Positions 1 to 9,620 of a DNA stretch of 55,286 bases are shown here, in pieces. Below the pieces are notes generated by a model, which worked only from the letters and a program-made list of their open reading frames with translations, did no database searches and was not told the origin of the DNA. A program made the translations under genes and the position numbers. Numbering within the stretch: position 1 is the stretch's first letter; each line of letters starts with the position of its first letter. The stretch is taken from positions 62,001-117,286 of the forward strand of contig CAUYUJ010000169.1 in the NCBI GenBank assembly GCA_963575745.1, given 5' to 3'. The stretch comes from Prorocentrum cordatum. Its lineage: Eukaryota.

Positions 1-1829
1 GGCGAGATGTGGTACTGTACTGGGACGCCGAGGGTGGTCCTGGGCCTCAGGCCCTCGACTACGGCATCGACCTCGGGCTCATCGGGCCCATCGCGGAGGA
101 GTTCAATCGTCAGGCTGACGCCCTCGCCACAACGGCGGCACGTACTCATAACCTTCCAGACGACATTGTCGAAGCTGCCAAATCACGACATCGCCAAGCG
201 ACCGTGCTGCATGGAGTCGCTGTCGCCATCTACGAGCGTAGACACCGTACACTCCCCCTCCCACACCGCAGGCCTGGGTTCACAGCTGCGGAACTCAACA
301 AAATGGAACCAAATCCCCTGCTGTCTGACCAGGCACCACCCGCGGCTGGACCAGACATCCCACAGAACCCGGACGCGCTCTGGGCCGAGGCCCAACGGGC
401 GATATTCGACGAACAGGAGGACGACCCGTTCGGCTTTGGTGGGGGCCTGGACTTCCTGGGCGACGGGCCAGCCAGCGCCAACCCTGCCCCGTCGGTTACC
501 CGCACGGCGCCCCCGACTCCGCCATTGAGAGCGGCAGCGCACCCACATGACAACGCCGCTCATTTTCAAGACGCTGACGAACAGGAGGATGACCTGTTCA
601 GCTTCGGTGGGGGATCGGACGCTTTGGACGACGGACCAGCCAGCGAAAACCCCGCCCCGTCGGGAAACCTCTCGATCCCTACTGCGACTCCGTCCCCGAG
701 AGCGATATCGCCCACATACGATGATATCGGCCACCGCCAAGACGCCGACCATGACCTGGGTGACCCCCGCGGACTGAGTGGCATGGAGGACGCACCGCCG
801 ATACCACACGCTGCCGACCATGCCGCCCTACCGAGACGCCAACCTTCTACGCGACCGACCTCAGAACCCTTGCACGGCATCACGACTGGTCCCACCGCGC
901 AAACCACTCCGCCCCCCCACCGCCGGCAGCCCGCGGGGGCGGCTTCAGCCCCCCCGCAGGGTACTAAACCAGACAGGCCCTCGTGCCCCATCCACGCTTC
1001 CATCGTTGCTGTGCGAGAGGAAGCGGCTCTCCCGACCTCTCGGGGCGTGGCCCTAGCGGCTCCAGCCCTGGGGTCGCGTCGGCCCCTCCAGTCACCCTTC
1101 AAGGGTGACGGACGTCAGCGTACAGGGACCCGCACTACGCTAGTCCACCATTTGGACAGGCGTACCGAGGACCTCGCCTCTGTCTCGAGGCCCTCGGCTG
1201 CTGGCACTGAGCAGCCACCCCGCACCGACCGCGAAACCGAGCTGTCACAGGCTATGGCTGCCCTCCAGCAGAGGTGCTTAGCTCTCGCCGCGGACCTCGC
1301 CGCCGCCCAAGCTCGTCAAGGCCCTCTTCTCCAGCGCCTCCACAGTGCTGGGCGAGCCTTCGCCGAGCTGCTCACGGCCTCGCCCGATGGTGCCGTGCCG
1401 ACACTCAACATCCAAGCCATGTTGTCATCGTTCCGCGGCGCTCCACCTGGTGCCCCGCGCTAATCTCCTCCTTTCTGCCTGCCCGTGTGTACGCGTGGCT
1501 CCGCGTCCACGGTGTCAGGGCGCGGGGGCGGGGGGTGCCCCGTCACTGCGCGCCGCTTAGCGGCCAAGCGCCCAACTGGCGGTCTGCCAAGCCGCCTAGC
1601 CACGTGTCAGCACGTCGCCTTTCTTGTTGGGGCCTCTTTCTTTACGCGGTCTGACAGGTGAGATCATCATCGTCTGTCCGCCGTCTGTAGCGTCTGTCGC
1701 ACTGCGCCGGGGGAGGGTTTTTTTGTTGCCCGCCCTCGTATCTAAAGGCTGCACCGCCGCAAATAGTGCATGCGAGTTGTCGCACTGCAGTGCGCCTCGC
1801 GGACGGACCCTGGTCCGCCTACTTGTCCG

Positions 1830-1852
1830 ATCTCTCTCTCTCTCTCTCTCCT

Positions 1853-1907
<55 letters not shown>

Positions 1908-1942
1908 TATAATATATAATATATATCTTCCTCTGCTCTCTC

Positions 1943-1984
<42 letters not shown>

Positions 1985-2026
1985 CCCTCCCCCCTCTCTC
2001 TCTGTGTCTCTCTATTTCTCTCTCTC

Positions 2027-2060
<34 letters not shown>

Positions 2061-2076
2061 GCTCCCTCGCTCTCTT

Positions 2077-2110
<34 letters not shown>

Positions 2111-2111
2111 G

Positions 2112-2177
<66 letters not shown>

Positions 2178-2185
2178 CTCTCCCG

Positions 2186-2218
<33 letters not shown>

Positions 2219-2232
2219 CTCTCTGCTCTCTT
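1830..2232. repeat. (CT)n microsatellite
   Basis: Directly visible; mirrored by (GA)n at 5250-5322. Confidence 0.95.
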
Positions 2233-2439
2233 CGCTACTGGCTTCTGACGGAGTCTGGGTTAGGTGAGCCTGAGTGTGGGTGAGTCTGAGTACGGGTGCG
2301 TCTGTGCGTGCCTGATTCTGAAGAAATGAATCTGAATGTGAGTGAGCTTGTGTACGAGTGAGTCTGGGTGCGAGTCTGAATCCCAATGGTGCCCCTGGCA
2401 GTGTCTGGCGACTAGGAGGCCCGGGTCTTCTCTTTGGGA

Positions 2440-3625
2440 AGCCAAAATGCTGCCCCTGGCAGCGTTTGGTGACTATGAAGCCCCTGGTGGACCCCCCCTG
2501 GGGCTCCCAAATGATGCCCCTGGCAGCGTTTTGTGACCATGAGGCTCTCAAGAGATACATGTTGGGGGAGGCCAAACGGCATTCTAGCTGAGGCGTCCCA
2601 CCAAAAATCGGCGGCGAACGGGCTCGTGAGATCACCAGGGCGGGCTCCCCCCTCGGGGCTCCAAATGATGCCCCTGGCAAGCGTTTTGTGACCATGAGGC
2701 TCTCAGAAGAGATACATGTTGGGAGGCCAAACTGCCAATTCTCTGCTGGAGGCGTCCCACCAAATCGGCGCGAACGGGCTCGTAGATCAGCCAGGGTGGC
2801 TCCCCCTTGGGGCTCCCAAAATGATGCCCCTGGCAACGTTTTGTGACCATGAGGCTCTCAAGAGATACATGTTGGGGGCGCCAAACGGCAATTCTAGCTG
2901 AGACGTCCCACCAAAATCGGCGCGAACGGGCTCGTGAGATCAGCAGGGTGGCTCCCCCTTGGGGCTCCAAATGATGCCCCTGGCAAACGTTTTTGTGACC
3001 ATGAGGCTCTCAAGAGAGACCTGTTGGGGAGGCCAATACGGCAATTTTAGCCTGAGACGCCCCCACCAAAATCGGCGCGAACGGGCTCGTGAGATCAGCA
3101 GGGTGGCCGCCCCCTTGGGGCCCCAATGATGCCAGTGGCGAAGCGTTTTGCGTGCCTATAGGCTCTCCAGAGAGACATGTTTTGGGGAAGGCCAAACGGC
3201 GAATTCTCATCAGGAGACGGCCGCTCTGACCAAAACGGCCGCGAACGGGCTCGTGAGATCAGCCAGGGTGGCTCCCCCTGGGGCTCCCAAATGATGCCCC
3301 TGGCAGCGTTTTGTGACCATGAGGCTCTCAAGAGATACATGTTGGGGACGCCAAACGGCAATTCTAGCTGAGGCGTCCCACCAAAATCGGCGCGAACGGG
3401 CTCGTGAGATCAGCCAGGGTGGCTCCCCCTTGGGGCTCACAAATGATGCCCCTGGCAGCGTTTTGTGACCATGAGGCACTCAAGAGAGACATGTTGGGGA
3501 GGCCAAACGGCAATTTTAGCTGAGACGTCCCACCAAAATCGGCGCGAACGGGCTCGTGATATCAGCCAGGGTGGCTCCCCCTTGGGGCTCCCAAATGATG
3601 CCCCTGGCAGCGTTTTGTGATCATG
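2440..3625 (+). repeat. ~152-bp tandem satellite, ~7 copies
   Basis: Unit AAATGATGCCCCTGGCAGCGTTTTGTGACCATGAGGCTCTCAAGAG...GGGGCTCCC recurs at ~2509, 2663, 2818, 2969, 3125, 3289, 3441 and 3593. Confidence 0.95.
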
Positions 3626-3682
3626 AGAGAGTGTGAGTGTGAGTGAATGTGACTGTGAGTGAGTCTGAGCGAGAGTGAGTCT

Positions 3683-3945
3683 CATCTTATCTTATCGAGT
3701 CCTATCTTATCTTACCTTTATTACCCTCTATCTTATCTTATCTTGAAATCTCTTATCTTGTCTTAGCTTATATTATATCAACTCATCTTATCGCATCATA
3801 TCTTGTCTTATCTTATTACTCCATAGGCTGTCTTATCTTATATATTATCCTACCTTGTCATATATCTTATCTTACCTTATCATATATTGTGCTATCTTAT
3901 CTTATCTTGTAGTATCTTAGCTTGTCTTGTCTTATCTGGTGATTA
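3683..3945 (+). repeat. Degenerate (TCTTA)n tract, probable LINE 3' tail
   Basis: Directly visible pentamer repeat; a short reverse-complement version lies at ~4057-4090. Confidence 0.8.
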
Positions 3946-4139
3946 TCATTGGGAGGAGGGAGGCGCGAGCGGGAGGAAGAAGGAGGAGGAGGAGTGGGAG
4001 GCGTCAGAGTAATAACAAGAACCCCAATCCTTAGTATATGGGGAATAAGGTCACGGTAAGATAAGAGGGAACTCGATAAATAAGAATGAGACCCTCACTC
4101 CACTCACTCACTCACAGTCCACATTCACAGTCACACTCC

Positions 4140-5030
4140 GGACCCCCGAGACATCCAAACGCTGCCAGGCATCCCCGGTGTGTCCCCAAGGGGGAGCCAC
4201 CCTGGCTGTCTCCACGAAGCCGTCGTCGGCCGAATTTTGGTGGGACGCCTCAGCTAGAAATTGCCGTTTGGCCTCCCCAGCATGTCTCTCTTGAGAGCCT
4301 CATGGTCACAAAACGCTGCCAGGGGCATCATTTGGGAGCCCCAAGGGGAGCCACCCTGGCTGATCTCACGAGCCCGTTCGCGCCGATTTTGGTGGGACGT
4401 CTCAGCTAAAATTGCCGTTTGGCCTCCCCAACATGTCTCTCTTGAGAGCCTCATGGTCACAAAACGCTGCCAGGGCTGCAATCTTTTGAAGCCAAAAAAA
4501 ACGAAAGAAAAAAACAAGGGGGAGCCACCCTGGCTGATATCACGAGCCCGTTCGCGCCGATGTTGGTGGGACGTCTCAGCTAAAATTGCCGTTTGGCCTC
4601 CCCAACATGTCTCCCTTGAGAGCCTCATGGTCACAAAACGCTGCCAGGGGCATCACTTGGGAGCCCCAAGGGGGAGCCACCCTGGCTGATATCACGAGCC
4701 CGTTCGCGCCGATTTTGGTGGGACGTCTCAGCTAAAATTGCCGTTTGGCCTCCCCAACATGTCTCTCCTGAGAGCCTCATGGTCGCAAAACGCTGCCAGG
4801 GGCATCATTTGGGAGCCCCAAGGGGGAGCCACCCTGGCTGATCTCCCGAGCCCGTTCGCGCCGATTTTGGTGGGACGTCTCAGCTAAAATTGCCGTTTGG
4901 CCTCCCCAACATGTCTCTCTTGAGAGCCTCATGGTCGCAAAACGCTGCCAGGGGCAACATTTGGGAGCCCCAGGGGGGGTCCACCAGGGGCTTCATAGTC
5001 ACCAAACGCTGCCAGGGGCAGCATTTTGGC
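4140..5030 (-). repeat. ~152-bp tandem satellite, ~5 copies, inverted relative to 2440-3625
   Basis: Reverse complement of the same unit (CTCTTGAGAGCCTCATGGTCACAAAACGCTGCCAGGGGCATCATTT). Confidence 0.95.
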
Positions 5031-5251
5031 TTCCCAAAGAGGAGTCGACCCGGGCCTCATGGTCGCCAGACACTGCCAGGGGCACCATTGGGATTCAGAC
5101 TCGCACCCAGACTCACTCATACACAAGCTCACTCACACTCAGATTCATTTCTTCAGAGTCAGGCACACACAGACGTACCCATGCTCAGACTCACCCACAC
5201 TCAGGCTCACCTAACCCAGACTCAGTCAGAAGCCAGTAGCGAAGAAAGCAG

Positions 5252-5327
<76 letters not shown>

Positions 5328-6374
5328 ACAAGTAGGCGAACCAGGGTCCGTCCGCGAGGCGCACTGCGGTGCGACAACCCGCAAAACACTATTAGCGGCG
5401 GTGCAGCCTTAAGATACGAGGGCGGGCAACAGACCCCCTCCCCCGCGCAGTGCACTACACGACGCTACGACGCGTGACAGACGATGATATCTCACCTGTC
5501 AGACCGCTGAGAAAAGTTCGTCGCCACAAGAGAGGCGACGATATACTGGCCGTGGCTAAGGCTCTTGGCGGACCGCCTTTTGGGCGCTTGGCCGCTAAGC
5601 GGCGCGCAGTGACGGGGCACCCCCCGCCCCCACGCCCTGACACCGTGGACGCGGAGCCACACGTACACACGGTCAGGCAGAAAGGAGGAGATTAGCGCGG
5701 GGCACCAGGTGGAGCGCCGCGGAACGATGACAACATAGCTTGGATGTTGAGTGACGGCACGGCACCATCGGGCGAGGCCGTGAGCAGCTCGGCGAAGGCT
5801 CGCCCAGCACTGTGGAGGCGCTGGAGTAAAGGGCCTTGACGAGCTTGGGCGGCGGCGAGGTCCGCGGCGAGTGCTAAGCACCTCTGCTGGAGGGCAGCCA
5901 TAGCCTGTGACAGCTCGGTTTCGCGGTCGGTGAGGGGTGGCTGCTCAGTGCCAGCAGCCGAGGGCCTCGAGACAGAGGCGAGGTCCTCGGTACGCCTGTC
6001 CAAATGGTGGACTAGCGTAGTGCGGGACCCTGTACGCTGACGTCCGTCACCCTTGAAGGGTGACTGGAGGGGCCGGCGCGACCCCAGGGCTGGAGCCGCA
6101 AGGGCCGCGCCCCGAGAGGTCCGGAGCCCCTTCCTCTCTCAGTCAACGAAGCCCTATGCAAGATCGTGGGCACGAGGGTGCTGTCCTGGTTTAGTAAGCC
6201 CTGCGGGGGGGCTGAAGCGCCCCCGCTGGGGCTGCGCGTGGGGAAAATAAGAAATAGAAAGGGCAGAGGAACACGGGAAATAAGGAAAGGGGGGGGGAAA
6301 TGCAGAAAGAGGATCAAAAATTGAGTTAGCGGAGTGGGTTCCTAATGATCTTTGGACCAGTCGTGATTGCCTTG

Positions 6375-9300
6375 TTACGAAAAAAAGTGGTGTGGGGGTC
6401 GCTGAGGGGTAGGTCCGCGTGGGAGGGAAGGTTGGCGTCTCGGTGGGGCGGCATGGTCGGCAGCGTGTGGTATCGGCGGTGCGTCCTCAATGCCACTCAG
6501 TCCTCGGGGGTCGCCCAGGTCTTGGTCGGCGTCTTGGCGGTGGCCGATGTCATCGTATGTGGGCGTTATCGCTCTTGGGGACGGAGTCGCAGTAGGGGTC
6601 GAGAGGTTTCCCGACAGGGCGGGGTTTTCGCTGGCTGGTCCGTCGTCCAAAGCGTCCGATCCCCCACCGAAGCTGAACAGGTCATCGTCCTGCTCATCAG
6701 CGTCTTGAAAAGGAACGGCGTTGTCGTGTGGGTGCGCTGCCGCACTCAATGGCGGAGTCGGGGGCGCCGTGCGGGTGCCCGACGGGGCAGGGCTGGCGCT
6801 GGCTGGCCCGTCGCCCAGGAAGTCCAGGCCTCCACCAAAGCCGAACGGGTCGTCCTCCTGTTCGTCGAATAACACCCGTTGGGCCTCGGCCCAGAGCTCG
6901 TCGGGGTCTTGTGGGATGTCTGGTCCAGCCGCGGGTGGTGCCTGGTCAGACAGCAGGGGATTTGGTTCCATTTTGTTTAGGTCCGCAGCTGTGAACCCAG
7001 CCCTGCGGTGTGGGAGGGGGAGTGTACGATGTCTACGCTCGTAGATGGCGACAGCGACTCCATGAAGCACGGTCGCTTGGCGATGTCGTGATTTGGCAGC
7101 TTCGACGATGTCGTCTGGAAGGTTATGAGTACGTGCCGCCGCTGTGGCGAGGGCGTCAGCCTGACAATTGAACTCCTCCGCGATGGGCCCGATGAGCCCG
7201 AGGTCGATGCCCATGTCGCCCCGGTGGCTAGCGACTTTCTCGACGCGGAACATGTTTGGCTTGGCCATGACGCATCGGTGGACCTTTTCCCAGAGCTCCA
7301 CGTGCGTGCCCTGCGGTGGTGAGTGTCCGTCGATGATCCTTTGGAAACCGTCAACCACCGCCTGGTTGTCCACGAAGACGTGCACAGGCCGTTCGGCACA
7401 TGCCGTGAGGTGGACAATGGCGAGGGTCTCCGCAAGCTGTGCGTTCTGCGTGATGCCGTGAACGCGCGCACTGTAGTTCATGCGGTGGTCGATGCCGTAG
7501 TAGACGCCGTAGCCCGCTCGTGCTAGCAATGGGATGGCTTGGTTGGTGCATGCACCGTCCGTGGCAGCGTAGACCCATGTCCAGCCAGTGTCGTGGTCAA
7601 GGTAGGTGGTGTAGGAGTCCTGGGCTGAAGCCGCAGGATCTCCCTCAGGTGGGGGGCGCGGTATGGGCTGAGGTAGCGGGTCCCTCGCGAGGTCGGCCTG
7701 CAGGTCGAGGAGGGCTGGGTCTTCATCGAAGAGCCCGCAGTGTCTTGCGCGCGGTGGAAGACGGGCCCACTGCTCGTCACTGATGAGGGTGGTAAGAGGG
7801 ACTCTTTCGCGGGCCCAGCACTTGCAGTCGCGAACAGTGTGCTCCTGAGTTTCCTCTTCCTCGTCGCAGTAACGGCAGATGGGGCTGGGGTCAGCGGACG
7901 TGTTTGATCGAGATCGTCGCTGTTGGGTGTGGTCCCCGCCCGACAGGTAGTTGAGGAGGAGCGCCAGCTGCCATGCGTTGCATTTGGCTGCTCCTTTCGT
8001 GCGGGCGAGCCACGTGCTGGCGAAAAGGTCGGGGCCCTGTCTGACAGAAGCCAGATGTCCAAGGTCATGACGCCGTGGCTTGATTTTTCTCAGAAAGGCT
8101 CTGCGTTGTGAGGCGCGCAGCATGTGAAGGAAGGCGTTTTGGGGAAGGTTCAGCCAACTGATCTGACAGCCCCAGTCGTCGTACATGATGCCAAATGTGG
8201 GCCAGGTCCAACGGAGCTGCTGAAGCGTCTGGACAAGTCGTCCAACAGGTCCTCCCCCGAGAAGGGTCTGGACATGGTGTTTGAGATCCCTGACGAGACC
8301 GCAAAGAGTGGCGTCGCGGTTGACCTGTCGCCGCAGACACAGGAAGACTTCACGCTGCATAATGGCGTCAATCTCCAGGGCGTGTCCTGGGGCGCACACG
8401 GCCATGAGAGTCCAAAACTCGACCCACCTGTTTCCCTTGGGGCGGATAGCCGCCTTGAGGGCATGGTTGTAGGCAGTTTTGACGGGGCCTGATGGGGCTT
8501 GAATGTCAGTGCCTGTGGTACAGACGCTGGCAGCAAGGGAGCGGGCGTGCCGCGCCTTAATACGCATCGGTGATGGGAGCTTGCCAATACGCGGCAGACG
8601 ACTAGTCGCCCTGCGAACACGGGCGTCAGCGGTGGCCGTGAGGTTGAGCGCGGCTGGAGCCGGCGCTGCCTCGGCGTTGATGTAACTTCCGACGAGCTTG
8701 AAGGAGTCGACCACTCGTAAGGGCCGTTCCGCCAAGGTGAGCTGGGTAACGGCGGTGTGAAGCTCGTCAGTAAGCGCCCACCCCGCCACTTTTCCAGGAT
8801 GAATGCGTTGACCAGAAAATCGATCAAACTTGGCGGTTTCATCAAGAGATTTCTGCAACTCGGGCGCGGTGTGGGTAGTGGAGTTGCTGTCATCAACAAA
8901 AGTAGTGCTGAGTGATCGCGGCACGTAACGATGCTGTCTCTTGGTCCAGACGCACATGAGCAGCTTAATGTCGTCCAGGGACCAAGAGCTTCCCTGGAGG
9001 TGACCGTTTGTCCTGGCCAGTTCCTTAGAGTACGCACCGTTCATGCGGATGTAGCGTTTGTGGCGACTGTAGAAGTTTCTGCTGACAGTAACGATGTCTT
9101 GGGGACACCCCGCGTGAAGCGCAAGGTTAAGGCATATGTCCGTGATGAGATAGTCGAAACACTTCTGTCGGTCCAGGGCAGCTCCAGCTAAGGGAAGGAG
9201 TAAGGCCCTGGCGTGTTCGATGCGCAGGGCAAGAGATGTGCTGACGTCCCCAATGGTAGCTTTGGGGACAGCGCCAAAACTCGTGGCGTGGGTCCATCCT

Positions 9301-9620
9301 TTCCGCCAGTCCGTGAGGCTGCGGTAAGCTGGCGTTTCCCACGCATACATCCAAACGGAAAGCACCGAGAGAAGACGTTGGTCCGTTGGGAGTTCGCCTC
9401 GGCCTTTTCGGAGGCACGGGTTTGGCACGTGGAGGAGGGGTTCTGGGATGGTGCCAGTGCGTTGCATAGCTCGTAGGACGCTGGCGAAGAGGCGAAGAAT
9501 GTCGTCGGGTAGCTCCTTTGCCTCCTTAGTAGTCCAGCCGTCCAGTCCCCCCGCGCGGCGCGGTGAACGGGTGCGAATGAAGTGGATGAGTTGGTCGTCG
9601 GTGAGGTGGAAAGGGGGTAG
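6375..9620 (-). CDS. LINE A polyprotein, C-terminal part: reverse transcriptase, zinc finger, RNase H
   Basis: RT motifs AGGLDG, QRLLSV, LDRQKCFD, GHLQGSSWS, FVDD (8889-8900), FKLVG. ZnF CRYC..ETQEH...C (~7823-7878). RNase H motifs TDGAC, AETLA, VDNQ, KVASH, NCQADALA (~7130-7570). By comparison with the sister copy the true stop is 5692-5694; 6110-6450 is garbled. Confidence 0.92.
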   Translation of the reverse strand, partial: LPPFHLTDDQLIHFIRTRSPRRAGGLDGWTTKEAKELPDDILRLFASVLRAMQRTGTIPEPLLHVPNPCLRKGRGELPTDQRLLSVLSVWMYAWETPAYRSLTDWRKGWTHATSFGAVPKATIGDVSTSLALRIEHARALLLPLAGAALDRQKCFDYLITDICLNLALHAGCPQDIVTVSRNFYSRHKRYIRMNGAYSKELARTNGHLQGSSWSLDDIKLLMCVWTKRQHRYVPRSLSTTFVDDSNSTTHTAPELQKSLDETAKFDRFSGQRIHPGKVAGWALTDELHTAVTQLTLAERPLRVVDSFKLVGSYINAEAAPAPAALNLTATADARVRRATSRLPRIGKLPSPMRIKARHARSLAASVCTTGTDIQAPSGPVKTAYNHALKAAIRPKGNRWVEFWTLMAVCAPGHALEIDAIMQREVFLCLRRQVNRDATLCGLVRDLKHHVQTLLGGGPVGRLVQTLQQLRWTWPTFGIMYDDWGCQISWLNLPQNAFLHMLRASQRRAFLRKIKPRRHDLGHLASVRQGPDLFASTWLARTKGAAKCNAWQLALLLNYLSGGDHTQQRRSRSNTSADPSPICRYCDEEEETQEHTVRDCKCWARERVPLTTLISDEQWARLPPRARHCGLFDEDPALLDLQADLARDPLPQPIPRPPPEGDPAASAQDSYTTYLDHDTGWTWVYAATDGACTNQAIPLLARAGYGVYYGIDHRMNYSARVHGITQNAQLAETLAIVHLTACAERPVHVFVDNQAVVDGFQRIIDGHSPPQGTHVELWEKVHRCVMAKPNMFRVEKVASHRGDMGIDLGLIGPIAEEFNCQADALATAAARTHNLPDDIVEAAKSRHRQATVLHGVAVAIYERRHRTLPLPHRRAGFTAADLNKMEPNPLLSDQAPPAAGPDIPQDPDELWAEAQRVLFDEQEDDPFGFGGGLDFLGDGPASASPAPSGTRTAPPTPPLSAAAHPHDNAVPFQDADEQDDDLFSFGGGSDALDDGPASENPALSGNLSTPTATPSPRAITPTYDDIGHRQDADQDLGDPRGLSGIEDAPPIPHAADHAAPPRRQPSLPRGPTPQRPPHHFFS

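Larger units (their letters stand above)
63..3945 (+). mobile_element. 5'-truncated copy of LINE family A (end of RNase H, C-terminal tail, long 3' UTR)
   Basis: ORF 9..1463 from GIDLGLIGPIAEEFNRQADALA onward is nearly identical to the C-terminus of ORF 6375..9710(-) and to ORF 5692..6003(-). Homology starts abruptly at ~63 and continues through the non-coding region to the (TCTTA)n tract. Confidence 0.85.

Noticed and set aside
2440..5030. CRISPR-like array
   Set aside because: The ~152-bp units are conserved throughout, with no unique spacers and no cas genes; this is a satellite.
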